A program made the position numbers and the translations under genes. A stretch of DNA of 63,957 bases, filler included, from Octopus bimaculoides (lineage: Eukaryota), in the NCBI RefSeq assembly GCF_001194135.2. It is 6 parts of 5 records of this genome, joined end to end, with 100 filler letters (N's around TTAATTAATTAA, not from the genome) between each part and the next. Parts side by side here need not be neighbours in the genome. Positions count along the whole stretch, not along the records: positions 19,241 to 40,093 come from NC_068986.1; 5 more parts are not named here. One strand, written 5' to 3'. Positions 25,383 through 37,881 of this stretch are shown in pieces (within the stretch, counting starts at the first letter, position 1; every line of letters begins with the position of its first letter). The notes beneath the pieces are model-generated. The model saw only the letters and a list, made by a program, of their open reading frames with translations. It did no database searches and was not told the DNA's origin.

Positions 25383-26903
25383 AAAGGTTGAAGGGGAGCA
25401 CACGAGTAGATATATATGGAAAAAAGACAAAGTAGAAAATGCTAAAATACTTTTATAAAGAACATTACAGAACCGGTTTCGATCCTTGAGATCTTTTCAA
25501 CAGTAAATATGAATAATTGATTTTTGAAAAATTATTGAAAGATTAAATTTTGGTAAATTTAAAAGGAAAGTCTTTTTAAAGACATATTTGTATAGTATTC
25601 AAGTAACAGTGGCATTTTCTTGTTTCTGCCTCTCTCTGTTTCACTTGTTAACTCTCGTGGGTTCGAAGAAGGAGTGCTATGATAGTAGCAGTGTTAATTG
25701 GTTGGATGTCTTGACATTGACCTGTTGTTGGACGTAGTGATCTGTATTGTTTACAATACATAAACACATTCCAACAACTACATAAAACACATTCAAACAA
25801 AAAATAGCTGGTTACTGTTCCAGTGCATACTTAATGAATTAAATAGAGTATAAAACAAGAAGCAGATGAATTGGCTGAAGTGTCAGAGCATGGAGGGTAA
25901 TGACCTTACTCTACATCTTCCACGTCTTTACATTTTGAGTTCCAGTCCCTATACTTCCACTGTGGATTTAAATCTTTATCTGGTTTAACATTTCTACGTT
26001 GCATCTTAGGTGTTATTAAGAGATTTCATTTTGGTGCCGATAACCAAACAAGTTCTCAAATTTCCAGATACTCTCAACTCTCACAGTAATCTCAGCAGCC
26101 TTCGAACTAGTCATGTGAATTACTTTCTCTCCTTTCTGAAAAGAAAACGAAGTTCTGCCATTCTTGTAAAGATAGATTATTATTTGGGGGGACGTGGGGT
26201 GGTATTAAAACACGTTTAGTCAAGTGAATTATGCACTGTGACTATGTTGCAGATATTCTACAAGGCAAACTAAATTACAGGAGTGAGCTATCAACCGCCT
26301 CAACCGAACTTTATAATTTATAAACATAAAATATGCTAGGATATCATGGTTAATGATGACAGTGGTGGTGCTTCTGATTGAGCAGAACTTTGCTCAAAGA
26401 TGTTCCGAAAGTGCTCAGAGGCCATCCAACCTAATTTTCTGTCACAGATCCATTCGATCCCACCAGCTGACGCCCTGTAAATTCGAGTTGACCAGTATCT
26501 TGTGGAAGGTATCTATGTGGAATCCCATCGTATGTACATGTGTATGTATGAAAGCGAGTGTGTGTGTGTGTGTGTGTGTCTGAGTGTGCGTGCGTATGTG
26601 TGTGTATGTGTGTCTCTGTGCATTTGTTTTCCGAACTATAATGTTGTCTACACCGGTTAAAACCGGCGTTGTCTTAGTGTCGTGTTACTTCATGTCGGTT
26701 TAAAGGTGATATTCTGACATGGTTGCAGCCCAATGATTGAAACCAGTAAAAGAAAATATAAAATATGTGTATAAAACAAATTACAGTTAAATTGAACTGG
26801 AAAGCATTATATAGTATAAAGGTTGCGTTTTATTCTGGATATTAAATTTTAGTACGGAGTTGTTTTCTAAGAACAAACAAGCACACACACGCGCGCACAC
26901 ACA

Positions 26904-26965
<62 letters not shown>

Positions 26966-27974
26966 NNNNNNNNNNNNNNNNNNNNNNNNNNNNNNNNNNN
27001 NNNNNNNNNNNNNNNNNNNNNNNNNNNNNNNNNNNNNNNNNNNNNNNNNNNNNNNNNNNNNNNNNNNNNNNNNNNNNNNNNNNNNNNNNNNNNNNNNNNN
27101 NNNNNNNNNNNNNNNNNNNNNNNNNNNNNNNNNNNNNNNNNNNNNNNNNNNNNNNNNNNNNNNNNNNNNNNNNNNNNNNNNNNNNNNNNNNNNNNNNNNN
27201 NNNNNNNNNNNNNNNNNNNNNNNNNNNNNNNNNNNNNNNNNNNNNNNNNNNNNNNNNNNNNNNNNNNNNNNNNNNNNNNNNNNNNNNNNNNNNNNNNNNN
27301 NNNNNNNNNNNNNNNNNNNNNNNNNNNNNNNNNNNNNNNNNNNNNNNNNNNNNNNNNNNNNNNNNNNNNNNNNNNNNNNNNNNNNNNNNNNNNNNNNNNN
27401 NNNNNNNNNNNNNNNNNNNNNNNNNNNNNNNNNNNNNNNNNNNNNNNNNNNNNNNNNNNNNNNNNNNNNNNNNNNNNNNNNNNNNNNNNNNNNNNNNNNN
27501 NNNNNNNNNNNNNNNNNNNNNNNNNNNNNNNNNNNNNNNNNNNNNNNNNNNNNNNNNNNNNNNNNNNNNNNNNNNNNNNNNNNNNNNNNNNNNNNNNNNN
27601 NNNNNNNNNNNNNNNNNNNNNNNNNNNNNNNNNNNNNNNNNNNNNNNNNNNNNAGTGTTTTCCGTACACCTAGGGCAGAGAAACGTTGTATGCATTCCCA
27701 ATTTACACACGCATATTCATAGGTAAAACATGTATTTAAAAAAAAAACTTTTTTTTAAAATCATGAATGGATGTTGTTTTCACAGCGATAATGCTCTTCT
27801 TAGTACATGAGTCGTTCCAGTTAGCACGATTTTTTGCACCTCCTATAGAGACGGTAAGCCTGGTATCATTTTCAAATATATTTCAGTAACTTTTTTTTTA
27901 TCATTCCTAGAGATCCTACAATCACTGGTATGGTAGTCGCCTTGAGGTGCCACATTTTTTTTATATTTTTTTTA

Positions 27975-28175
27975 TTGCCTTTGCACAGTCTCTAACGCTG
28001 GAGATTACTACAGTGTCAGCTGTTTGCGACCAGTGAACTAAGGTAACACCTCTTTTTTTCGAGCACCTTCCGGAGTATTCGAGCAGTACTGTTTCCTGCA
28101 ACTGCTCCACCCTTATTGCAGCCCCTATTTGCTCCACGTACTTCTCGAGATTTTTGCTCACTGTTTACAGGGCTC
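27975..28175 (-). mobile_element. R4/Dong-like LINE extreme 3' end
   Basis: SKNLEKYVEQIGAAIRVEQLQETVLL, typical of the last helix of RLE-LINE ORFs. Confidence 0.7.
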
Positions 28176-28185
28176 NNNNNNNNNN

Positions 28186-28255
28186 CACCAGTCCTCAGTC
28201 AAATCGTCCAACCCATGCTAGCATGGAAAGCGGACGTTAAACGACGATGATGAAA
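28186..28255 (+). mobile_element. RTE-type 3' tail
   Basis: CCAACCCATGCTAGCATGGAAAGCGGACGTTAAACGACGATGATGA; related tail inverted at 34.2 kb. Confidence 0.7.
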
Positions 28256-28649
28256 CATATATATACCAAAACAATCTGAATTATAAGAGATAATACAAGT
28301 TAATGATTTGTTAATTTACTTTGTATTTCAACATTTCAGGGTCCTTTCTTCAGAAAATCTCCAAAATTTCTGTAAGAAGGAGTTCTAACCCTGAAATATT
28401 GAAATACAAGTTAAAAATACAAACAATTGTCATGTACATCCATTGACAAGGTTACAAAAGCAACGAAAAGTTTAGAAAGAAAAATATAAATAAACAATAA
28501 ATGAGCAGAAATTGAACCAGTGAGTATCTTAGACATTATTAAGGCATTAAAGTGGTATGACTCTCCCCATACACAACAAAACAACAAAATTGTCATGTAT
28601 TATTTCTTATAGCTCACATTATTTTGATTTAAAATATGAAATTAGAGAT

Positions 28650-28689
<40 letters not shown>

Positions 28690-28892
28690 GTATATATATA
28701 TATATATGTATATGTATAATATAAAAACTTTATAAGAATTTATCAAGTAGTCAGCGTGAAAAAACCTCATAAGGAAAAAAAAACCCATCGTTTTTTTCCA
28801 TAAATATATATAATATAATTTATATAAGGTCATTACTATACAGTACATCTGGGTATGTTGATTTTTGTTTATTCCTTATGTGTCTCGCCCAT

Positions 28893-28968
28893 ATGTGCAC
28901 TGATGAATAACAGATGCAGCTTACTGCATACTTTTGTTGTATTAATTATGAAACCAATGGTTTGCCGT
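28893..28968 (+). ncRNA. Candidate type I hammerhead ribozyme, copy 1
   Basis: CUGAUGA (28900-28906), stem II AUAA/UUAU, GAAA (28950-28953), stem III ACC-AAU-GGU, GUU triplet, stem I AUG(U)GCA/UGCCGU. Confidence 0.6.
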
Positions 28969-29398
28969 TAAGTTAAAAGTTTTTAGGATGTTAGCTTTGA
29001 AAAGTTGCATTCCTCGCGTTCGGTAAATATGTGCTTATTTTGGTAGCTTTGACTTACAAAGTCCCTCTAAGCGTGAGGCATTACTGTATAGTAATGCCCT
29101 TATATAAATTATATTATATATATTTATGGAAAAAAACGATGGTTTTTTTTCCCTTATGAGGTTTTTTCACGCTGACTACTTGATAAATTCTTATAAAGAT
29201 GTTATCCTTATATTATATTATAAATAATTAGAATATATTCAGTGCTGAATATTACTCTGTAAAAGCACATGTTGCCGAAATGTAACTTGATAAGCCCGCC
29301 TCTTTCACGGATATATAAGGATGAACAGAAGTCATTGTACTGTGTTGGGTACATCAGGGTATGTTAATTTTTGTTTATTCCTTATGTGTCTCGACCAT

Positions 29399-29474
29399 AC
29401 GTGCACTGACGAATAACAGATGCAGCTTACTGCATAGTTTTGCTGTATTAATTATGAAACCAGTGGTTTGCCGT
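29399..29474 (+). ncRNA. Candidate type I hammerhead ribozyme, copy 2
   Basis: CUGACGA (29406-29412), stem II AUAA/UUAU, GAAA (29456-29459), stem III ACC-AGU-GGU, GUU triplet, stem I ACG(U)GCA/UGCCGU. Confidence 0.62.
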
Positions 29475-30382
29475 TAAGTTAAAAGTTTTTAGGAGGTTAG
29501 CTTTGAAAAGTTGCATTCCTCGCGTTCGGTAAATATGTGCTTATTTTGGTAGTTTTGACTTAGAAAGTCCCTCTAAGCGTGAGGCATTACTGTATAGTAA
29601 TGCCCTTATATAAATTATATTATATATATTTATGGAAAAAAACGATGGGTTTTTTTCCCTTACGAGGTTTTTTCACGCTGACTACTTGATAAATTCTTAT
29701 AAAGATTTTATCCTTATATTATATTACATATATATATATATATCTATATATANNNNNNNNNNNNNNNNNNNNNNNNNNNNNNNNNNNNNNNNNNNNNNNN
29801 NNNNNNNNNNNNNNNNNNNNNNNNNNNNNNNNNNNNNNNNNNNNNNNNNNNNNNNNNNNNNNNNNNNNNNNNNNNNNNNNNNNNNNNNNNNNNNNNNNNN
29901 NNNNNNNNNNNNNNNNNNNNNNNNNNNNNNNNNNNNNNNNNNNNNNNNNNNNNNNNNNNNNNNNNNNNNNNNNNNNNNNNNNNNNNNNNNNNNNNNNNNN
30001 NNNNNNNNNNNNNNNNNNNGACTATAACCTAGGACCCTGCCCTAAAACTACGCGCAACATTTTCTAACCTAAGCAATTTTATTAGCCTGGTGTGCTAACA
30101 GAGAGCATATAAAGTATTTTGCCGTATTGGTAATGCCTCTCCTATAACTTTGTTATATATGTATTTGTGTGTGTGTGTGTGTGTTTGTGTGCGCGCGTGT
30201 GTGCGTGCGTGCGTGTGTGTGTGTGTGTGCCTGTGTGTGTGCCTGTGTGTGTGTGTGCCTGAGTGTGTATTCATGTATACGCACAAATACACATATAGAC
30301 ATATAGATATGTATATGTATATATTTATTGTATATATATGGATATATATGTGTATATATATGTATATTTCCTTCACTAATTA

Positions 30383-30447
<65 letters not shown>

Positions 30448-31861
30448 GATACGAAAACATAATTATATTTGATAAACTAGGAGATAAACCACCTGGAATG
30501 TTACCCCCAGTACGTCATAAATCAATACGATATTTTATTTCATGAATAGTTTGTTTTACTACATAGTAGTGATTCTCAAACAACGCACTGTATCTGACTG
30601 GTGTGTTATAATTAGTATCTAGGTGCGCCCACGATTTTCAAAATTATAATTTGAATCGATATTAACAATTGGAAACGTTCAAAAACTTGTTGGTCATAAT
30701 TATGTTACACAGAAATATGATTAACAAAGCAAAATGTAAGGAATAGCTTTCTATATTTTTATCATTACTTTTTAAACTTCTCATCTGTTTTTTAAGCTTT
30801 TCATGCAAACTTTCTGCCGATTAAAAATGTGTATGTGTGAGTGCGTGAAGGTTTGTGGTCAGTTTTGAGGGAGTTGAGCTCCTGATAAATGTCATGAGTT
30901 TGCTACCTGACACGACTAGTGTGTTTTGTTATTGGACAAATTGCTGCAATGGACAAAATACACCAATACATGTTTCTGCAGTCTTTTCAGCTAAATATGT
31001 CTAGCGCTGGGGCAGCCTTCTCTTCCTTTAGCTGTCAGATTCTAAACGTTTGATGGAAAAGTGTTTCGTCTATATTTGCTCAAGCTATATTTCGCCCAAT
31101 CTGCGTTTCACTGCATATGTAAATACGAATATATTAACATAATTCTTCTTTATGTGTGTGTACTCAGGCTATCACTATGCGGTGTATGTGAACGTAAGTA
31201 ATATTATGCGTCAAATAAACATCCAACAAACATTGTCTTTGCCATTAGAAGTCAAATACCCCTTCTACGGCTGTTAATAGTCTAAAGTAACAAACAAGGC
31301 AGATAACTGCAACGATATCAAATCCAAGCATATGTGGAAAAAACAATACAGTTTATATTCACTATTAAATACATTGACTATATTTGCCAAAACTTTCAAT
31401 TTGCTAATATAATTGGAGTCATGTACCTACTTTGTTGCTTTTAGATTTTCAACACCCATAGAGAATGATTACGACTAATACAAAAACATCTAATTTAGTT
31501 TGATGGTTTTTAATTCAGTATATTACATAATTGAGAGCCTACAGGTGTGTATGTATCCATCATGGAAGATGCTCCCCCACTACTATATATGCGTGAGTAT
31601 GTGTGTGTATGTTTGGGTGATTGGATGGTTCGGTGTATGGGTGGGTGTGTATGTATATATGTGTGTGTGTATATATATAAATGTTTACATATATGTAAGT
31701 GTAACAGCCCGAAACGGTAAGGACATATGGTATCTTGACTGAAGAAAGAAGGCTACGAATGACGCGTCCTGTTTTACCCGTCTTCTAATTGTTTCTCCTA
31801 TCTGCATTTGTATCGTCTATCTGTCCGAATGTTTTATTGTGATCTATTGCGTTTTTGTTCC

Positions 31862-31898
<37 letters not shown>

Positions 31899-31904
31899 GA
31901 TGCG

Positions 31905-32550
31905 TTGTGAGAATTGTCGCCATTTTATATGTTTTATTCCGTGCATGAGCATTGTTTGTTTTTGATTTCGTCGACTACACAGTATAGTAGTGTCGATTGG
32001 GCACCGTCTGTGAGAAAAAACAGCACCATGACGCAATTTACTCAGCCAGAAATTTGGAAGTGACATTCTGTGCTGCTTGGCATTCGCGCCAGAAGCTCCA
32101 ATACGAACAGATGGTAAACACACAGTACACACGTTGACTTACCGTGTCCCCAAAACATGAGCCGATGATTGATAAAAATCAAACATCCGGTCAATATCAT
32201 GCTGTTTGGAGTGATCACTACTGATAGCGACGTTATGCTTCCATTCATCTCCAACACGGCCTTAGACTCAACACGGAGGCCTACATCAAGTGCTTGGAGG
32301 AGACAGTGCTGCCCAGCATCAAGAGGGTGATTGCTGGAGAATCTTGTGTCTCGCAACAAGACTCAGCACCATGTCACACAAGCGGAAGAACCCAGTCAGA
32401 CAATTTTTCCGACCACATTATCCCTAACATCTGGTCACCTAACTCCCCAGACTGCAATCCCCTTGATGATTATGTGTGGGGAAGAGTTGAGCGAGAGACC
32501 AATAAAACTGCTTGTAACACCACAGATTAACTGAAGACAAGGATCATGGT
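31905..32550 (+). mobile_element. Internally deleted Tc1/mariner (maT-like) relic
   Basis: TA-CAGG start; QQDSAPCHTS and WSPNSPDCNPLDDYVWG catalytic motifs; most of the N-terminal half is missing. Confidence 0.85.
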
Positions 32551-32552
32551 GA

Positions 32553-32812
32553 CTGAGCACTCCACTCACACGTGTACCCTTAACGTAGTTCTCAGGGAGA
32601 TTCATCGTGACAACAGAGTGTAACAAGGCTGCCCCTTTGAAATACAGGTACAGAAACAGGAAGAAACAATGTGAGAAAGTTGTGCTGAAAGAGTACAGCA
32701 GGGTTCGCCACCACCCCTTACTGGAGCCTCAATAAGCACTCACAAAGCCCGTTCCTGGGAATCGAAACTGTGATCCTACAACCGTGAGTTCACAATGGGC
32801 CATTGCGCCTCC
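32553..32812 (-). mobile_element. tRNA-type SINE, family C
   Basis: Reverse complement GGAGGCGCAATGGCCCA...GTTTCGATTCCC (A/B-box-like); interrupts the 3' end of the transposase relic. Confidence 0.75.
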
Positions 32813-32821
32813 ACATGTATG

Positions 32822-32881
<60 letters not shown>

Positions 32882-33420
32882 CATATATACATCCATATGT
32901 GTGTATGTATATATGTATGTATGTACATATATACATACATACATTCATGCATATATACGTGTGTGTAAATATATGTGTGTGCGTGTATGTGTGTATATGT
33001 ACATATATCAATACCTTCATATATATCGAGAAAGAATGAGAGAGGAAGAGAGCGAGATAGAGCTGCAAGTATGGCTCGTAAGTTCAGTTTACAATCATGA
33101 TTTCTTGTTCAGGTTCATGATGTGGCAAGTCGAGGATGTGCATTCTAATCTAATCTAACTTTTGGGACGAATAATGCCTTATAAGTGAATTTGGTAGCAC
33201 TGTGTATGAGCCCTTTGTTGGGGGCATCTATTTTTATGTTGTTTGGCAACTGTCAGCACTAATCGAACCGACTTTTTGACCAGATATCTCTCCATCGTTT
33301 TTATACATATCTCTATGGATACATTATATATGTTCCTCCATTTATCGATATAATAGTGAGATATTTGATAAAGATCTGACTGGTTCTACTTTAGCATGTC
33401 AATAGATCAAACATTGGCTC

Positions 33421-33520
33421 AATAATCAAAGTGTCGGGTTCGACGATCAAAGGATAGGATTCGATGATCAAAGCATAGGATTTGATGATGAAGGCATTGA
33501 GTTCGATGATCAAAGTAGTC
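33421..33520. repeat. 21-bp minisatellite, about 4 copies
   Basis: Unit approximately TTCGATGATCAAAGCATAGGA. Confidence 0.8.
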
Positions 33521-34169
33521 TCTATTTTGTATTGGTTGCATCGGTATTGATATCTTTTCTGTTTTAGATTTTTACCCGCAGCGAATTTTTTTCTCCGATA
33601 TCATATTTTGTTCTTGATATATCAGTCATTCCATTGATGGTTTCTTTCAAATCGCTCTTACCTCATCTTTCGTAACCAGCTGACTCTATTGTCGAAATGT
33701 TGTTAACATTATCTATATTACTTCAGTAACATAGTGTGTGTCTGTGTGTGTGTATGTGTGTGTGTGTGTGCATGCGCGTGTGTGTGTTTGTCTGTCACTC
33801 ACATCTTTCACCATTATTTTAAAACATAAGTTGACCTACAACTCATTGATAAGTGAATTTTATTTGGTAGCAAATCATAACTGTTTATAACTGCTTATAA
33901 AAGCCAAGAATGATTACAACTGAACAAATAGTATTAATGAAACGGTTTGATATATCTAAATTTTATCTTAGACTTTATTGTTCCATTAATGTTTATCATT
34001 TCTTTTCTACAGTTATATTAGCTTCTATAATTCCAAAATTTGAATATTGTCAAAGCTATTATTTTAAGTTGGGTTGTTTTTGTTTGTTGTTTGTTTGTTT
34101 TGTTCTTGTTTTTGCTTTTGTTTTCTGGCCTTTTTTTTGTTGGTTTTTTTTTCTTTGAAAATCATTTGT

Positions 34170-34330
34170 GTATTCAATCATCAATCATCGCTTTTTACGT
34201 CCGTTTTTCCATGCTGGCAAGTGTTAGACTAAGCTTATTGTGGTAGATTTCCTGTGGAGGAATACTCTTCCTGCCACCAAACTTTACATCTTTTCCAAGT
34301 ATGGTATTTTCATTCCACGAGTCCACAACC
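34170..34330 (-). mobile_element. RTE-type 3' UTR/tail
   Basis: Reverse complement GCCAGCATGGAAAAACGGACGTAAAAAGCGATGA matches the tail at 28.2 kb. Confidence 0.6.
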
Positions 34331-36469
34331 GAAGAGATGAAGCTGCATTAACTACAGGACGCCATTTTACTTTATACAATGCTATTGTAAAAACAACGCA
34401 CACTCACACACACACACACACCACACAGTGTTAGATGTAGAACGTAACAATGAAAGCATTGGGGGACTATGTAAATAAATCTTCTTTAAAAATACACTTT
34501 GAATATCACTCCGGCAATAAATAATATTTTATGCAGCATGGAGATTAACAAACACCTTTGGACAAAAACTGTTAATAACATTACAGATATGAGCAGTTGC
34601 ACCATTATGACAAACCAAGTGGTTATATGTGACTTTCTCTGAACAAAAAAGAGAACAAATAACAGCGACAAACTAATTTGCGCGTGCCCTTCGATAGACT
34701 CTGTGAGCTTCCAATTATCCTTCAAATAGCAACTGAAAGAAGACCTACATGATATATCGGAATAAATACTCACAGATGCACGTGGTAAGGTTTATAAAAC
34801 TTTTGTGATTTTAGGACTGAGGCCACATCCAGAAACTGGGCTGAAATAGTGTCACACACATATCCACACATTTATACCGAAATAGCTGAGTTAGGGAAAT
34901 TCAAAGGCAACTGTCATTGCATCAATAATGATTTTGTCCTGTGTTGTCTCCTTGAATTCTATTAACTTTGGATGATCAACCCAGAGGTGATCTGCAATCG
35001 GGAGGGATCAGGAATAAAATGCAAACCTACTGATTCCTGAAAATCGGGGACTAGAACTGCACCTATTTGGAGTGCAGAGATAAAAATAATGAGCCTGATG
35101 GTACATGTATACATGTTGTTATACATGTACTAGTTTAAAAAAACAAAAAACATTTGAGTTTCCTTTGATCTGAAGGGCTAGAAAAGTAGAAGGGAAAGCA
35201 GCAGAAATGAATGCTGAAGCAACAAGACCACTGGAGGTCAGTATCTTGAGCACCCTCTCTTAAATCTTATGAAAAGGAAAGACTTCGTACTCAATTCTGG
35301 AAGAAGCTGAAAGGGTACACTGGTACCCGAGTGGAATAGCAATACTATTACAATAGAAGATCTTTTTAAAAAGAAGAATGAACTACAGCGAAAAGAATTA
35401 TGAAAGGTGTCAGGAAACTTCACCTCCTCAGAAAAACATCAATGGGTAAAATAGTGCTGCAGGAAAATTGGAACCCAATAGATACATATATCAAAGAGTC
35501 TTTCACCTTCATAGGTTAAATACGTTATTTTTTAAATCCAAAACAAACTATTATCAAACTTTCACCACAGTGCTTTGAAAACCCTAAAGAAAGGGATTCG
35601 AGCCTGTTAGCATTTTCCTTATAAATTAAGTCTCAAGAATGATAACGGGTATCATTGTATGCATCAGAACAAGGAACGGCGCAGTATGAGAACGGGGAAC
35701 GCTAAATGTTTTCTGTGTTTTACAAATCTAAATGATGTCTTGTCACTTAATTCATGAGTACATGCACATTTCAAAATAGCAGGATATTTGTTGGTGTTCA
35801 TTGCCTGGGGTTTATTCGTCCAGTCAACTATTTCACATTTTGAAGATAAAGGGCAAACAAAATAGTACTAAAATTCAACCATTTAGTACCATCGGCATAT
35901 GAACGAAGAAGTTCTCTTCCACCAATTTTTGTTGTGATTCGTCTCTTTTACTTTGGCATTAATTTATGCTGTACGATGGATGCATTATATACGCAGTCTT
36001 GAAAACATGTGCACTTTAGGAAATATGCTGATAACAAGACTTCTTTGTAAAGGAAAGAAGAGTAGAGTGATTTCATCTAATACAATATATAATCATTTTG
36101 TGAGTCTATTTTCAAAAGAACTCAGTATAAATTTATTTTTTAAAGTAAATCAGATGAATAAATGATTATCTATCCGTTTCGTTATGTAAAGTAATATTTT
36201 CAATAGTAAATTGTAATAACTATAATTTTTTAATTTTCTTAAACATCCATTATACTTAGTGTGCGTGTATATGTATGTCGGTAGGTATGTGTGTGTGTGT
36301 GTGTGTGTGTAGACGTGGCTGTGTGTATCAGTGTAAGCACGTAGGGGAACTCACACGTGTGTGAGTGTGAGTAAATGTGTAAACAGATGTACGTATGAAT
36401 ATATTCATATTCTTCTGAACAGAAATATTTAATATCGACACTGTACGTGAATAGTAATTCTTACCTCCT

Positions 36470-36551
<82 letters not shown>

Positions 36552-36604
36552 CACACAGAGATAGATAAGTAGACAGACAGACAGACAGACAGACAAATAG
36601 ATTT

Positions 36605-36660
<56 letters not shown>
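36470..36660. repeat. (CT)n plus (AGAC)n/(AGAT)n microsatellites
   Basis: Read directly. Confidence 0.95.
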
Positions 36661-37069
36661 ACGTCGTTATAACGATCAAGAGAGGAAAACTTCCCCAAAC
36701 ATGACAGTGTATAACTGTATTTATTCGACTGATGCCTTCTGCCATTGATTTAAAGTTACACAAATTTCCGATCAGTCAATGGTCAGTGACAATCGATAAT
36801 GAAACTGAGAATCTGTCATTCATGCCTTTCTATATCTAACCCTATGTATATATTTCTGTTGTTAGGGTGTTTTGTGTGTCAAATTTATTCTTATGGGATA
36901 AGGCTGACAAACAGCAGCGAACACTAAACAAGGATACCAGATTCCTAAGAGAAAACTCTTAAAAGGAAAGCAACAGTAGTGGGCCCAATGTCCATTTTGA
37001 AAACATCGTCAGATTGCAAATGTAAGTGAACTTGAAGGACAGGTTCGACTTCCTTGAGGAGGTAGCGGT

Positions 37070-37460
37070 AAAAACCACTCCGGCTGGACATTTTTTAGCT
37101 CTCCGGGAGTGCAAAAATAATCATTGTAGTTGAATTTAAAGTTCCTTGAGAGAATAGACTCAACATTTCTTACCAGCTGAAGAAGGCTAAATATCAGGAC
37201 TTGGGTCGACGAGACACTTATCAAGGGAAAAAGTACGCAGCCTAATTCCCTATTGAAATCGGCTAGGGAGGCTTTCCAGTTATGCCGGTGCGGTATTCCC
37301 TGCAGATGATTGGTCTGAAATCCAGACAACTGAAGAATGTGACCAAGGGGATGGGCAGAGCAGCTAAAAACAATTCAAGTGGGAAGAGGTCGACAAGAGA
37401 ACACAAGCAGAACTTTTCCGAGAGCAAGACCACCCGGATGAAACGCTGGTAACCCTGAGA
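37070..37460 (+). mobile_element. Decayed RLE domain of an early-branching LINE (HERO-like)
   Basis: Frameshifted PDI, IIVVELKVP*ENR, KKAKYQDL, FPIEIG*GGF pieces. Confidence 0.55.
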
Positions 37461-37881
37461 TACCTGATTCAGAAGAAGAGCTTACAATATTCTTCTATCT
37501 TCTGCAGCTTCTGCAAGAGATATAAATAAATATCTTCGATGTGTATTTCACCTATTGGAAATAAACATCTTCCACGATTTTATCTCTTCTACGAAATCTA
37601 AGTATGTTACTTTTTAAGATTTATCTTAAGGAGCGATAAGTAAAAGATAGTGTTATTTCTGAGAAAATATCACTCGTTTTACTACTTGAGAGTATGTACT
37701 ATTTTTTCAGTGTATATACATTATATCAAACATTTTTTTTGTTATCTGGTTGACACTCGCAACACAATATAGTTAAAATATAAAAGCATCAGCATTATTT
37801 ATTACTATTGCCATAATTCATCTATTTTTTCTTAATTTACATACATTCTTTATTGTTGGGGTTTGTTTATAAAGTAATATA

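Larger units (their letters stand above)
28715..29725 (+). mobile_element. Tandemly duplicated ~500-bp unit with an inverted terminal arm, PLE-pLTR/retrozyme-like
   Basis: 28845-29217 repeats at ~29350-29724; 28715-28845 is the reverse complement of 29082-29217. Confidence 0.8.

Noticed and set aside
31160-31200. GYHYAV as a nuclear-receptor zinc finger
   Set aside because: The following CEGCKxFF cysteines are absent.
32740-32812. tRNA gene calls at SINE heads (also 42652 and 46880)
   Set aside because: A/B-box-like motifs continue into SINE bodies; no complete cloverleaf.
33421-33520. Regularly spaced repeats as a CRISPR-like array
   Set aside because: Contiguous 21-bp units without unique spacers, no cas genes, eukaryotic context.
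34245-34300. Apparent exon (DFLWRNTLPATKLYIFSK or ISCGGILFLPP)
   Set aside because: Lies within an antisense RTE-type 3' UTR remnant.
34628-34840. Two minus-strand exon-like segments (QFLDVASVLKSQKFY; acceptor at 34628)
   Set aside because: Phases do not join into an open frame, and the plus strand has equally plausible decayed coding signal.
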